A DNA stretch of 64,000 nucleotides, taken from an uncultured Gammaproteobacteria bacterium (GTDB taxonomy: Bacteria; Pseudomonadota; Gammaproteobacteria; JACCXJ01). Positions within the stretch are counted from its first letter, which is position 1. The number at the start of each line of letters is the position of its first letter. Of this stretch, positions 39,539-50,157 are shown in pieces. The notes beneath the pieces were generated by a model. That model worked only from the letters and a program-made list of their open reading frames with translations. It did not search any database and was not told the origin of the DNA. The stretch spans positions 288,001 through 352,000 of the forward strand of contig CAVXTM010000001.1 of assembly GCA_963764725.1 (NCBI GenBank). The letters run 5' to 3'. The translations under genes were made by a program, and so were the position numbers.

Positions 39539-40697
39539 CACACCGACCCCTCGCTTCACGCTCGACCCGGAATAAGATCCCGAACGCGGCGCAGGTCACC
39601 ATCATGCTGTTACCCCCATAGCTCACCAAGGGCAGCGTCAGCCCCTTGGTCGGCAGCACCCCCATGTTCACTCCCATGTTAATAAACGCTTGGAGTCCGA
39701 TGAGTAAACCGATTCCGTAGGCGAGGTGCTCGGCGAACGGCTGACCCACGCATTGCGCCTGGCCGCCGATCACGACGGCGCGCCAGACCACCAGAGTATA
39801 AGCGGCGATCACGACCAGCGATCCGACCAGCCCCAATTCCTCCGCCATCACGGCAAATATGAAATCCGTATGGGCCTCGGGAAGATAAAATAACTTCTGA
39901 ATGCTACCCCCGAGTCCGACACCCCACCACTCACCGCGCCCGATCGCGATGAGCGCTTGGGTTAACTGGAATCCACGGTCATACGGGTCGGCCCACGGAT
40001 CCATGAAGGTCATCAAGCGGTCGAGGCGATAGGGCGCGAGCATCGCAAGCGCAACCAATGCGGCGACAGCCACCGCTCCCCACCCCAGAAAACGCGTTAG
40101 CGGGACTCCGCCGAGAAATAGCATGCCTAAGGCCGTCGCGAATAATACCGCGGTGGCACCATAATCGGGCTCTAAGAGCAGCAAACCGCCAATGAGCGTC
40201 AACACCAAGAACGGCTTCATAACTCCCGCGAAGGTCAACCGAACCCTGTGTTCGTGGCGAACGAGATAGCTCGCCAGATAGATGATGACGAAAAGCTTCG
40301 CCGGTTCTGAGGCCTGAAACGATACCGGCCCCAGACGGATCCAGCGCATACTGCCGTTGACGACGCGCCCCAAGCCCGGCACCAGTACCGCAATCAAAAG
40401 CAGCAAGGCCATAAAAAGCGATATCGCGCCTAAGCGCTCCAACGCGGCTAACGGCGTGCGCACGGCCAGGACGCAGCCGCTAAGCCCGATCATCGCCGCC
40501 GCTATCTGCCGCCACAAAAAGTAAAAGGGATCGTGATGATCGCGATCGGCGATGGTCACAGAGGCGGAGGCGACCATGACCAGTCCTAGTGCTAATAACA
40601 GCACGAAACAGCCGGCTAGCCAGGGATCGTAGTCCGCCCGCGGCCGGGAGCTCCTGGGTAATATCCGAGGCAATGCTTGCGGCGCGGCTTGGTTCAC
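39528..40697 (-). CDS. ftsW: SEDS peptidoglycan polymerase FtsW
   Basis: RWI, FQASE, LPEAHTDF, PTKGLTLP, SYGG; GTGA overlap with murD. Confidence 0.96.
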   Translation of the reverse strand: MNQAAPQALPRILPRSSRPRADYDPWLAGCFVLLLALGLVMVASASVTIADRDHHDPFYFLWRQIAAAMIGLSGCVLAVRTPLAALERLGAISLFMALLLLIAVLVPGLGRVVNGSMRWIRLGPVSFQASEPAKLFVIIYLASYLVRHEHRVRLTFAGVMKPFLVLTLIGGLLLLEPDYGATAVLFATALGMLFLGGVPLTRFLGWGAVAVAALVALAMLAPYRLDRLMTFMDPWADPYDRGFQLTQALIAIGRGEWWGVGLGGSIQKLFYLPEAHTDFIFAVMAEELGLVGSLVVIAAYTLVVWRAVVIGGQAQCVGQPFAEHLAYGIGLLIGLQAFINMGVNMGVLPTKGLTLPLVSYGGNSMMVTCAAFGILFRVEREARGRCDGG

Positions 40698-42049
40698 TGT
40701 GCTACCAACCCGTTTACGGCGCGCATAAACACATCCCCCCGCTCCGCGTAGTTGCGAAACATGTCGAAGCTTGCGCACGCGGGCGACAACAGGACTGCAT
40801 CGCCCGGAATCGCGAGTTGCTCCGCCTGGAACACCGCCTCCTGCATATCCTTGGCTTCCAGCAGTGGCACCGCCTCGGCAAGCGCGGACTTAATGCGCGG
40901 GGCATCGCGCCCCATGACCACTATCGCCCGCACGTGTGCGGATACCGCATCCGAGAGCGGGCGAAAGTCCGCGCCTTTGCCATCGCCCCCTGCGATCAGC
41001 ACCAAGGGCCGCGTGGCGCCCAACCCGCGAATCGCGGCACAAGTGGCACCCACGTTGGTGCCCTTGGAGTCGTTATACCAATCGATATCGCGCAAGCACG
41101 CCACCCACTCGCACCGGTGCGGTAAACCGCGAAACTCCCGCAGCGCATTGAGCATGGCCTGCCTCTGCAAGCTTATCGCGGTCCCTAGCGCCAACGCCGC
41201 GAGTGCATTTGCAATATTATGCCGCCCGCCGATCCTCAGCGCGGAAACCGGCAACAACTCATCGCCACCTTGCGCCAACCAATGCTCACCCCGGCACTCC
41301 CGGACCCCGAACCCGTCCCCGCGCGGGATCCCGAGTCTGAAACCGATCATGGCCCGATCCACCTCCGTCATCGCGGCGACGCGTTCATCATCTTCATTGA
41401 TGACCATCACGCCCGTGCCGCCGTAGATACGTTGCTTCGCACCGGCGTAGTCATCCAACGAAGCGTAACGATCCATGTGGTCGGGTGTCACGTTGAGCAC
41501 GACGGCGGCCTCGGCGGTGAGCGACTCGGTCGTCTCCAGTTGAAAACTCGAAAGCTCGAGCACATAGACATCAAGCTCCGTATCGTCGATCAATGCCAAT
41601 GCCGGCGTTCCGAGGTTGCCTCCCGCGCGCGCCTTCAATCCGCTCTCCTCGATCATCGTGGCGACCAGCGAGGTTACCGTGCTCTTACCATTGGTGCCGG
41701 TGATCGCGACGATTGGGGCGCGCCTATGGCGCGCAAACAATTCGATATCACCGGCAACCCCGATGCCGCACTCGCGGGCTGTTTGGATAATCGGCTCGCT
41801 CAGCGCCACGCCTGGACTCACCAACAACCGCCGCGCTTGTTTGCACAGGTTCTCGTCAAACCGGCCAAGAGCAAGCGGTGCGTGCGGGAATTCGCTTTTA
41901 AACGTGCTCAACTCGGGCGGGTTTTCACGGTTGTCAGTAACGGCAAACGGCACGCCGCGGTTAGCGAGAAAACGTGCTATGGACAAACCCGTCACCCCCA
42001 GACCCACGATGACGGTGTCGGCGGCCTGCGTTAGTTCGTGAGTCGCCAT
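40694..42049 (-). CDS. murD: UDP-MurNAc-L-Ala--D-glutamate ligase
   Basis: GTNGKST, ELSSFQL, NDSKGTN, LSPACASFD. Confidence 0.97.
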   Translation of the reverse strand: MATHELTQAADTVIVGLGVTGLSIARFLANRGVPFAVTDNRENPPELSTFKSEFPHAPLALGRFDENLCKQARRLLVSPGVALSEPIIQTARECGIGVAGDIELFARHRRAPIVAITGTNGKSTVTSLVATMIEESGLKARAGGNLGTPALALIDDTELDVYVLELSSFQLETTESLTAEAAVVLNVTPDHMDRYASLDDYAGAKQRIYGGTGVMVINEDDERVAAMTEVDRAMIGFRLGIPRGDGFGVRECRGEHWLAQGGDELLPVSALRIGGRHNIANALAALALGTAISLQRQAMLNALREFRGLPHRCEWVACLRDIDWYNDSKGTNVGATCAAIRGLGATRPLVLIAGGDGKGADFRPLSDAVSAHVRAIVVMGRDAPRIKSALAEAVPLLEAKDMQEAVFQAEQLAIPGDAVLLSPACASFDMFRNYAERGDVFMRAVNGLVAQ

Positions 42050-42062
42050 TGAGACTCCATGA

Positions 42063-43145
42063 CTAGCGGATCTTGAGGCTAGAGAGCCCCACCAGCACCA
42101 GGATCACGGTTATGATCCAGAAGCGTACGATAACCCTCGGTTCGGGCCACCCTTTAAGCTCGAAGTGATGGTGCAACGGAGCCATGTTGAATATGCGTTT
42201 ACCGGTAAGCTTAAAAGACGCCACCTGAAGGATCACCGAGACGGTCTCCATCACGAATACCCCGCCCATGATCAACAATACCAGTTCTTGCCTCACCAGC
42301 ACGGCGACGATACCCAACGCGGCTCCTAACGCCAGCGCCCCGATATCACCCATGAATACCTGGGCCGGATAGGTGTTAAACCAGAGAAACCCAAGGCCGG
42401 CGCCCGTGATCGCGCCGCAGAAAATGCTGAGCTCTCCCGCACCGGGCACGTAGGGCACGCCCAGGTAAGTGGAAATTTTCACGTTCCCGGCAACGTATGC
42501 GAATATCGCCAGGGCACTGGCTAGCATTACCGTAGGGAGTATCGCTAAACCATCCAGGCCATCGGTAAGATTCACGGCATTGCTGGTTCCCACGATGACG
42601 AAATAACTGAACAGCACGAAGAACCAGCCGAGATCGATCACCACGGCCTTGACGAACGGCACGATTAGCTGTGTTTCTGTGGGGGAGGCCGCGGTAAGAT
42701 AGAGAAATAGCGCGGCACCGAGACCCGCGCACGATTGCCAGAGATATTTTTCTCGCGCCGAGAGACCCTTCGATTTACGTTTTACCACCTTGCGGTAGTC
42801 ATCCACCCAGCCGATGGTTCCGAACAATATGGTCACGATGAGAGCAACCCACATAAACCGATTATCCAAATTCGACCATAATAAAGTGCTGGCCACGATG
42901 GAGGTCAAAATGAGTAATCCGCCCATCGTGGGTGTGCCAGATTTCGCCAGATGGCTTTGCGGGCCATCGTCACGCACGCTTTGGCCGATCTGGTGGTGCG
43001 TCAAACGCCTGATCATGAACGGCCCGACCACCAGCGAGATCACGAGCGCGGTCAGAACACCGAGGATAGTGCGCAAGGTGAGGTATTGGAAAACGCGGAA
43101 CCCACTATTGAGTTCCGCCAGAAATTCGCTGAGATAGAGGAGCAC
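42063..43145 (-). CDS. mraY: Phospho-N-acetylmuramoyl-pentapeptide transferase
   Basis: [30 protein letters not shown]. Confidence 0.98.
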   Translation of the reverse strand: MLLYLSEFLAELNSGFRVFQYLTLRTILGVLTALVISLVVGPFMIRRLTHHQIGQSVRDDGPQSHLAKSGTPTMGGLLILTSIVASTLLWSNLDNRFMWVALIVTILFGTIGWVDDYRKVVKRKSKGLSAREKYLWQSCAGLGAALFLYLTAASPTETQLIVPFVKAVVIDLGWFFVLFSYFVIVGTSNAVNLTDGLDGLAILPTVMLASALAIFAYVAGNVKISTYLGVPYVPGAGELSIFCGAITGAGLGFLWFNTYPAQVFMGDIGALALGAALGIVAVLVRQELVLLIMGGVFVMETVSVILQVASFKLTGKRIFNMAPLHHHFELKGWPEPRVIVRFWIITVILVLVGLSSLKIR

Positions 43146-43147
43146 GC

Positions 43148-44503
43148 CTATTCCCCTTCCTGCTGCAGGAAGCCCACCACCCGTTCCATGCGCATCGACC
43201 GCGAACCCTTCACGAGTACTGTGACCCGCGGATGGAGATCGCCGTCCAGGGATTCAACGAGCGTATCGACAGTCGCGAAATACCGCCCGCCCGTCCCGAA
43301 TCCGTCCACGCTCGCGCGCGCCAGATCGCCGGTCGCGTATAAGCGCCGTATCCCGAGGTGGCGCGCCAATACGCCCGCCTGGTGATGGTAATCCGCGGCC
43401 TCGGGGCCGAGCTCTCCCATATCACCGAGCACTAGCCACGGCTCCCCCGGGCAGCTCGCCAAGAACTCAAGGGCCGCTTTGAGCGAGCCCGGATTGGCGT
43501 TGTAACTATCGTCGAAAACCCGCGTTCCACGGCGGCCGGAGCGCGGCTGCAATCGACCTTGCACGGCGCGCATCGACTGCAAGCCCGCGGCGATGTCCCC
43601 GAGCTCGATTCCTAGAGCCAACGCGCTCGCGGCCGCCGCCAAGGCGTTGCTGATATTATGGCGCCCCAATAGGTGGATATGGACGTCAATAGATCCGGCC
43701 GGGGTATGCAGGCGGACGTTGCTTCCGTCCAGCACACTGGCGGTATCAACCACGGTGGCCGTGACATCCGCCGAGGCTTCGAAACCGAAGCTCAGTTGTC
43801 GGCAGCCACCCGCGAGCGTGCGCCATAGCCCGGCATAGGGATCGTCGGCGTTAATGACAGCCGTATTGCGGGGTCCCAGTTGGGTAAAGATTTCTCCCTT
43901 CGCGCGCGCCACGCCTTCTATCGACTTGAACCCTTTCAGATGGGCCGGGCTACACTGGGTAACTACCGCCACCGCGGGCTTCGCGAGCTCGCATAACGCG
44001 GCGATCTCACCGGGGTGGTTGGCGCCCATTTCGATCACGGCGTACTCGTATCGCTCATCAAGGTTGAACAGCGTTAAGGGCACGCCGATATCGTTATTCA
44101 GATTGCCCTGCGTCCCGAGCACCTGAGCGCAACGCGAGAGGATCGCCACCAACATCTCTTTCACCGTGGTTTTGCCGTTGCTACCGGTCACGGCAACGAG
44201 CGGGAGCCGAAATCGCCGGCGCCAATGCGCCGCGATTAGCCCGAGCGCCCGGCGCGCGTCGGGGACCACCAAACTGGGCCGCTCCCCGCCGATCGGATGC
44301 TCGAGCACAGCCGCGGCCGCTCCCCGCTCAAAAACCGCGTCCACGAAGTCGTGACCGTCGAAGTGAGGCCCGCGCAACGCAACGAATAAGGCCTCGGGAG
44401 ATAGGTTCCGAGAGTCCGTCGTACAACCGCTGAACTCGATGTCCCTCCCGTGGCGCTCCGCGCCCAAAACACCCGTCAAATCGGAGAGGCGCATACGAAT
44501 CAC
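43148..44503 (-). CDS. murF: UDP-MurNAc-tripeptide--D-Ala-D-Ala ligase
   Basis: [32 protein letters not shown]. Confidence 0.97.
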   Translation of the reverse strand: MIRMRLSDLTGVLGAERHGRDIEFSGCTTDSRNLSPEALFVALRGPHFDGHDFVDAVFERGAAAAVLEHPIGGERPSLVVPDARRALGLIAAHWRRRFRLPLVAVTGSNGKTTVKEMLVAILSRCAQVLGTQGNLNNDIGVPLTLFNLDERYEYAVIEMGANHPGEIAALCELAKPAVAVVTQCSPAHLKGFKSIEGVARAKGEIFTQLGPRNTAVINADDPYAGLWRTLAGGCRQLSFGFEASADVTATVVDTASVLDGSNVRLHTPAGSIDVHIHLLGRHNISNALAAAASALALGIELGDIAAGLQSMRAVQGRLQPRSGRRGTRVFDDSYNANPGSLKAALEFLASCPGEPWLVLGDMGELGPEAADYHHQAGVLARHLGIRRLYATGDLARASVDGFGTGGRYFATVDTLVESLDGDLHPRVTVLVKGSRSMRMERVVGFLQQEGE

Positions 44504-46017
44504 GGTTTGGGCCTGCGCAGAAGTTGCTCTACCACCTGGCGGTCGCTATACGGCCTGCGCACCCCGCCCTGGTCTTGATAGTCTTCATGGCCTTTGCCGG
44601 CAATCAATACCGTATCGTTTTCAGTCGCTTGGTCAATGGTAGACGCGATCGCTAGCGCCCGGTCCGGCTCGCTGCGCGCCCGCGCCGGATCACTCATACC
44701 GCTCAGGATATCCTTAACGATTGCAGCCGGATCTTCGCGCCGCGCGTTGTCGGTCGTCAGAATCACGCGATCGGCCAGAGCTTCGGCGATTCTCCCCATG
44801 AGCGGCCGTTTTCCGGCATCCCGTTCCCCTCCACAGCCGAAGATACAAAAAAGCTTTCCGGATCGAATTTGGCGCAGGGCGATCAGCGCTTGCTCTAAAG
44901 CATCCGGTGTATGGGCGTAGTCGACAACAACGAGGGGCGATCCACCTCCGGCGGGGAAGCGCTCCATTCGCCCGGGAACTGGTCCCACCGATGCGAGCCC
45001 CTCGACCGCCCGCTTCAGCGCTACACCGGCAGCCAACAACGCGCCGAGGGAGGCGAGTAGGTTGTAGGCGTTTAGCCGTCCTAAAAGCGGGCTCTCGATC
45101 TCGACGGTTTGTCTTCCTACCCCGATGCGAAGCGACAAGCCCCGATCGTGCAGCCTGAGAGCGCTACCCACGATACACTCGTTCACCGGCAATTGCGCAT
45201 CATTCAAGGTATAACCGAACACACGAACGTCAGGAGCCAGGACCGCGGAAATCGCCTGGCAATAGGAATCATCGAGATTCAGCACCGCGGCCCGCAACCG
45301 CGGCCATTGAAAGAGCAACTTCTTCACCTCGCCGTATGCAGCCATGTCACCGTGGTAATCAAGGTGATCGCGACTGAGGTTAGTAAACACCGCAATGGCA
45401 AATTCGACGCCCACGACCCGCCCTTGATCTAAACCGTGCGAGGACACTTCCAAGACAACCGAGCGCGCTCGCCGAGCGCGCAGATCGGCGAGCTGACGCT
45501 GGATCGTAACCGCATCCGGTGTGGTGTAGCTCGCGGGTGTGAGATCGTCCACCCGGCCCCAACCCAAGGTGCCCACGACACCGCACGGGCCGAGATTCCC
45601 AGCGCTATCGAGCACGCGGGCAATCGTGTGTGTCACGGAGGATTTGCCGTTCGTGCCCGTCACCCCGATCGCCAAGAGATGCCGAGAGGGATGAGCGTAG
45701 AAACGCGCGGCAATCTCCCCGACCGATGACCGTAGCCGCGGCACCCGGAGGATTGGAATCGGCTCGGCGGACAGCATAGGGCGATCGTAGGCGGCATCCA
45801 AGGCGATGGCGACTGCCCCCGCGCGTATCGCCTCCCGCATATGATCACCGCCATGCCGATTAACGCCGGGATAGGCTAAAAACAAGTCGCCCCCGCGTGC
45901 TAAGCGGCTATCCGTACACAATCCCCGAATAAGCCGATCCTTCGGCGGGGCTACCTGGCTAAAGCCATCCAGGAGGCAACTGAGAACTTGGCCGGGTTGT
46001 TCCGCGATGGCGTTCAT
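44500..46017 (-). CDS. murE: UDP-MurNAc-dipeptide--meso-DAP ligase
   Basis: GTNGKSS, EVSSH, DHLDYH, DYAHTPD, DNAR, AGKGHE. Confidence 0.97.
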   Translation of the reverse strand: MNAIAEQPGQVLSCLLDGFSQVAPPKDRLIRGLCTDSRLARGGDLFLAYPGVNRHGGDHMREAIRAGAVAIALDAAYDRPMLSAEPIPILRVPRLRSSVGEIAARFYAHPSRHLLAIGVTGTNGKSSVTHTIARVLDSAGNLGPCGVVGTLGWGRVDDLTPASYTTPDAVTIQRQLADLRARRARSVVLEVSSHGLDQGRVVGVEFAIAVFTNLSRDHLDYHGDMAAYGEVKKLLFQWPRLRAAVLNLDDSYCQAISAVLAPDVRVFGYTLNDAQLPVNECIVGSALRLHDRGLSLRIGVGRQTVEIESPLLGRLNAYNLLASLGALLAAGVALKRAVEGLASVGPVPGRMERFPAGGGSPLVVVDYAHTPDALEQALIALRQIRSGKLFCIFGCGGERDAGKRPLMGRIAEALADRVILTTDNARREDPAAIVKDILSGMSDPARARSEPDRALAIASTIDQATENDTVLIAGKGHEDYQDQGGVRRPYSDRQVVEQLLRRPKP

Positions 46018-47756
46018 GGACGGATCACGGGCGGTAAACCCGCCTTATGAACGCGGGTGAGAAACTGCTCATTCTGTGGAAGCAAGGTGGCAATGTCATC
46101 GGGCGGTATGTCGAGCAAGCGGGTCGCATCACGCATCACCCTTGCAAATACCGGCGCGGCGACTTGTCCGCCGAAGTGCTCTCCTCGGGCCGGTTCATCG
46201 ATCATTATGACCGCTATCAGTCGCGGCTGGCTGGCCGGCATCATTCCCGCAAACAGGGATACATATCGGTCCTCGGCATAACCTCCCCCATGGGCCGTTT
46301 TGTGCACGGTCCCGGTTTTGCCCGCGACGCGGTAGCCGGTGACGCGCGCTAACGCACCTGTGCCTTGGCGCACGGCCACCTCCAGCATGCCGCGCACCGT
46401 TTGCGCGCTTAAAGGACTCATCACACGCCGTCGCGTGTGCTGCTGGGGCCACCGCACCAGGCTTACCGGTAGCACCATCCCGTCATTCGCAAAGGCCAGG
46501 TAGGCGTTTGCTAGTTGTAGTGCCGTGACCGAGAGGCCGTACCCGAATGCTACCGTTGCGTGATCGATCGTGCGCCATGAATCATAATGTTGTAGGCGCC
46601 CGGCTGACTCCCCCGGGAAACCGGAGCCCGTCGCGGCGCCGAATCCCAGCTGCGCGAGCATCCCCCAAAGCTGCCCGGGTTCTAACGATATCGCGATTTT
46701 GGTGATGCCCACATTGCTTGATTTTCTAATGATGCCCGTCGCATCGAGCAGACCGTAATCGTGCAAATCGCGTACGGTATGCCGCCCAACCCGCAGGTAT
46801 CCCGGACGGGTATCGATCATGGTCTTGACGCCGATCGCCCCCGCCTCTAAAGCGGAAGCAATGGTGAAGGGCTTGATCGTCGAGCCGGGTTCGAAGGTGT
46901 CCGTGAGCGCCCGGTTGCGAAAATAACTGGCCCGTAACTGCTTCCGGTTATTCGGGTTGTACGAGGGTTGATTGACCGCGGCGAGCACTTCCCCGGTTTG
47001 GGTATCCAGCACCACGATCGAACCCGCCCGGGCTTGGTGCTCGCGCACGGCGGCCTTGAGCTCGCGGTAGGCCACGTATTGAATGCGCTTATCGATGCTC
47101 AGCGCCAGATCGTGGCCCGGTTGCGGCGCACGCACGCTTTCCACGTTTTCGACGACATGCCCGGTCAAGTCCTGGATCACGCGCTTCGAACCGGAGACGC
47201 CCCGCAAGTGTGCGTCGTAGGCAAGCTCGATACCTTCCTGCCCCTTATCATCGATATCGGTAAACCCGACACAGTGTGCCGTCACCTCACCCGTCGGATA
47301 ATACCGGTGTACTTCTTGACGGAGCTCCACCCCGTCGATATCAAGCCGCATCACCTTCTCGGCGAGCTCGGGGGGAACGTGCCTTCTGAGTAAAACGAAG
47401 CGGCGTTCCAGCCGCGATTGTACGAACGCCGACAACTCTTGACCTGAAATCCCGAGCGCCCGTGCGAGTGCGGGCCAGCGGCCGCGCACTTGCGTGAGTT
47501 TGGAAGGAATAACGCCAACGGAGTTGATCGGGGTACTAACTGCCAGGGGCTCGTTATGCCGATCGGTAATCGTCCCCCGATGCGCCGGTAATTCAACGGT
47601 TCTAAGATAGCGATCGGCCCCGTGTCCCTGAAGCACATCGGTTTCGGTGAGTTGAAGATAGACTGCTCGCCAAACGAGGAGCGCCGCTCCCACCACGAAT
47701 ACGCTGACGACAAATCGCCGTCGACCATCGAAAAACAGCTGCTTGCGCCGGATCAT
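46014..47756 (-). CDS. ftsI: Septal transpeptidase PBP3
   Basis: EPGSTIK (SxxK), SSN, KTGT; start reassigned to 47756 (TGATG overlap with ftsL). Confidence 0.96.
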   Translation of the reverse strand: MIRRKQLFFDGRRRFVVSVFVVGAALLVWRAVYLQLTETDVLQGHGADRYLRTVELPAHRGTITDRHNEPLAVSTPINSVGVIPSKLTQVRGRWPALARALGISGQELSAFVQSRLERRFVLLRRHVPPELAEKVMRLDIDGVELRQEVHRYYPTGEVTAHCVGFTDIDDKGQEGIELAYDAHLRGVSGSKRVIQDLTGHVVENVESVRAPQPGHDLALSIDKRIQYVAYRELKAAVREHQARAGSIVVLDTQTGEVLAAVNQPSYNPNNRKQLRASYFRNRALTDTFEPGSTIKPFTIASALEAGAIGVKTMIDTRPGYLRVGRHTVRDLHDYGLLDATGIIRKSSNVGITKIAISLEPGQLWGMLAQLGFGAATGSGFPGESAGRLQHYDSWRTIDHATVAFGYGLSVTALQLANAYLAFANDGMVLPVSLVRWPQQHTRRRVMSPLSAQTVRGMLEVAVRQGTGALARVTGYRVAGKTGTVHKTAHGGGYAEDRYVSLFAGMMPASQPRLIAVIMIDEPARGEHFGGQVAAPVFARVMRDATRLLDIPPDDIATLLPQNEQFLTRVHKAGLPPVIRP

Positions 47757-48019
47757 CAGTCGGTCACGATGATCACGTCCGCGACGGACGGCATCGTCAT
47801 GTTCAGCGCGCTTCGCGCGCGCTCTTCGATGCGCCCGTGCGTCCCCAAGGTGGCCTGCTCCAATTGCAACCGCCCCCATTCATCATTCATGGCGTCATGC
47901 TCCTGCTCGAGCGCTTGCAATTCGACAAACAACTTTCTGCTTTGATGCCGGGTCATGATGATTGCAAGGGAGGTGATAACGACCAAACCCACAAGCAAAG
48001 GGCACAGGATCCGCGTCAT
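47756..48019 (-). CDS. ftsL: Cell division protein FtsL
   Basis: TM helix plus leucine zipper (EWGRLQLEQ); between rsmH and ftsI. Confidence 0.92.
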   Translation of the reverse strand: MTRILCPLLVGLVVITSLAIIMTRHQSRKLFVELQALEQEHDAMNDEWGRLQLEQATLGTHGRIEERARSALNMTMPSVADVIIVTD

Positions 48020-48954
48020 AGGAGCTTCTCCGCTACCCGCAAGGTCGCGCTCCGCGTCCGCGGATTGCGGGCGATCTCGCCGACTGTAGGTTTCATTGGA
48101 CCACACACCCGTTTTAGGGTCAGGCCTTCCGCGGCGACACGCGGCGGTAAGTTTCGCGGGGTGGACCGTCCCTGCGATTCGTCACGTATAAATCGCTTTA
48201 CGAGACGGTCTTCCAACGAATGGAAACTTATTACTGCGAGACGTCCGCCGCTACGCAGAACCTTTACCGCCTGCCGAAGGCCGAGCTTAAGCTCATCTAG
48301 CTCGTCATTGATAGCAATCCGTAGCGCTTGAAAGCAGCGTGTGGCCGGATGCAGATTTTTTTCCCACACCGGTTTCGCGCGGGCGACGATTTCCGCCAGA
48401 CGCTTAGTCGTCGTGATTGGCGCAAGGGCTTGCTCTCTAACGATGGCACGCGCGATTCTAGTTGCAAACCGTTCTTCGCCATATGCACGAATAACCGCCG
48501 CCAGCTCCCGAGTGGACACCGCCGCGATCCATTGCGCGGCTGTAAAACCGGATTCATTGTCCATGCGCATGTCGAGTGGACCATCCCGGGTGAAGCTAAA
48601 ACCGCGTTGGGAATCATCTAATTGCGGCGAAGAGACACCGAGGTCAAACAGAATTCCATCGACCTGCCCGGCGATCGCCGCAGCGTGCGCGAGTTGCTCC
48701 AGTAGCCCAAACGAGCTTCTTGCCACCTGCACTCGATGATCCTCGCCCGCGAGCTGTTTCGCCGCCAATACGGCCGCCGGATCGCGATCGATCACGACCA
48801 GGCGTCCTCGCTGCCCCAAGCGCTGCAAAATTGCGCGTGCATGTCCACCTCGCCCGAACGTACAGTCAATATACAAGCCCGCGTCGTGGAGAACGAGGAG
48901 CTCCACAACCTCGTTCACCAATACCGGGGTATGGGAGCCTCCGGTACCCTGCAC
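48016..48954 (-). CDS. rsmH: 16S rRNA m4C1402 methyltransferase
   Basis: HTPVL, DCTFGRGGH, DLGVSSPQLD, FHSLEDR. Confidence 0.97.
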   Translation of the reverse strand: MQGTGGSHTPVLVNEVVELLVLHDAGLYIDCTFGRGGHARAILQRLGQRGRLVVIDRDPAAVLAAKQLAGEDHRVQVARSSFGLLEQLAHAAAIAGQVDGILFDLGVSSPQLDDSQRGFSFTRDGPLDMRMDNESGFTAAQWIAAVSTRELAAVIRAYGEERFATRIARAIVREQALAPITTTKRLAEIVARAKPVWEKNLHPATRCFQALRIAINDELDELKLGLRQAVKVLRSGGRLAVISFHSLEDRLVKRFIRDESQGRSTPRNLPPRVAAEGLTLKRVCGPMKPTVGEIARNPRTRSATLRVAEKLL

Positions 48955-48958
48955 GTGC

Positions 48959-49429
48959 CTACAACGCTAAATCGCGCAACGCCTCCGACGCCGTTCCGAC
49001 ACCGCGCCCAATGTCGGTTCGCCATTCATCGCGCTGTTCTACCCAGGTGTTGGCATCCCATAGCTCGAAGCGATTGCCTTGACCTAAAAACGTAATATAT
49101 TTCGCAAGGTTTGCGAACTCCCGCAGCGACTCGGGAATGCGGATCCTGCCTTGCACATCGAGTGCACAGGAGCTTGCATAACCTCGCATCATTTGCTTCG
49201 TGCGTCTGCTTTGCTTATCAGAATCAGAAAGTTGCTGCAGTTTTGCGTCGATGGCTTCCCATTCCGTCACGGGATATAGCCATAAGCAGGGATCATAGGG
49301 GCTCAGCGTAAGCACCAGCGCGTTACCACACGCCGCCGCTACTTGTTCCCGGTAACTGCTTGGAATCGCTAGACGCCCCTTGGCATCGAGGTTCAGCGCA
49401 TTGATCCCCTGAAACGATACCTTGCCCAT
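48959..49429 (-). CDS. mraZ: Division/cell wall cluster transcriptional regulator MraZ
   Basis: Two SpoVT/AbrB repeats (LDAKGR, LDVQGR); first gene of the dcw cluster. Confidence 0.96.
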   Translation of the reverse strand: MGKVSFQGINALNLDAKGRLAIPSSYREQVAAACGNALVLTLSPYDPCLWLYPVTEWEAIDAKLQQLSDSDKQSRRTKQMMRGYASSCALDVQGRIRIPESLREFANLAKYITFLGQGNRFELWDANTWVEQRDEWRTDIGRGVGTASEALRDLAL

Positions 49430-49440
49430 GAATAGTTAGG

Positions 49441-49468
49441 ATCCACATTTCCCCACGTTTCCCCACAG
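49441..49468 (-). promoter_or_regulatory. MraZ operator: three GTGG(G) repeats at 10-bp periodicity
   Basis: Minus strand TGTGGGGAAACGTGGGGAAATGTGGAT between the promoter and the mraZ start. Confidence 0.8.
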
Positions 49469-49472
49469 ACAA

Positions 49473-49501
49473 ACTATAAGAACCCGGCCGCGAGATGTCA
49501 A
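49473..49501 (-). promoter_or_regulatory. Sigma-70 promoter of the dcw cluster
   Basis: Minus strand TTGACA (49501-49496), 17 nt, TATAGT (49478-49473). Confidence 0.8.
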
Positions 49502-49738
49502 GAAAACATTCACGACCAGCGTCTGAAAGTCGCTTCTTGAACAGGAACTTATATTTTCGAGGCGCAACGCCGGAACGGCCAGTCTTACGGCGCGTAGAGA
49601 TGTTTCCAAATGCTGCGATTTGCTTAGATAATTTGTCTAGATAATTAATATCGGTGTTAGATTACCGTGTGGGCACTAAAGTAGGCATCAGCAACGCCAT
49701 GCCCGTAAGACGCTCTGGACACAAGGGATTGAGAAAGC

Positions 49739-50150
49739 AGGAGTCAACCTGTAAGCCGGGTTCTGTCCGCCGCGGCACAAAAGGGCCTCAGCGGGGCAGT
49801 CATTTATCTTGGATGCATGTCACCATGCACCTCTAGCGACCTACCCGGGAGCCCACGCGGGCCACGTGTCGTCACCCCTCGTGGGGGGCTCGCTCCCCTA
49901 TTTGGCCTTGCTCCAGGTGGGGTTTACCCTGCCACCGGCGTTAGCCGGCGCGGTGCGCTCTTACCGCACCTTTTCACCCTTGCCGCCCCGGCCGGCCGGA
50001 CCGTTACCGGCTGCCCGCCGGGGGTTGGCGGTCTTTTCTCTGTGGCACTTTCCGTGAGTTCGCACTCCCCAGGCGTTACCTGGCACCTTGCCCTTGAAGC
50101 CCGGACTTTCCTCTGCATCACATCGACACAGCGACTACCCGGTTGACTCC
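49739..50150 (-). ncRNA. rnpB: RNase P RNA, bacterial type A
   Basis: Minus strand GGAGTCAACC...GAGGAAAGTCCGGGC...GAAAGTGCCACAGA...GGTAAACCCC...ACAGAACCCGGCTTA...GGTTGACTCC; ends pair as P1; canonical position after rsmI. Confidence 0.97.
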
Positions 50151-50157
50151 TTGCGCC

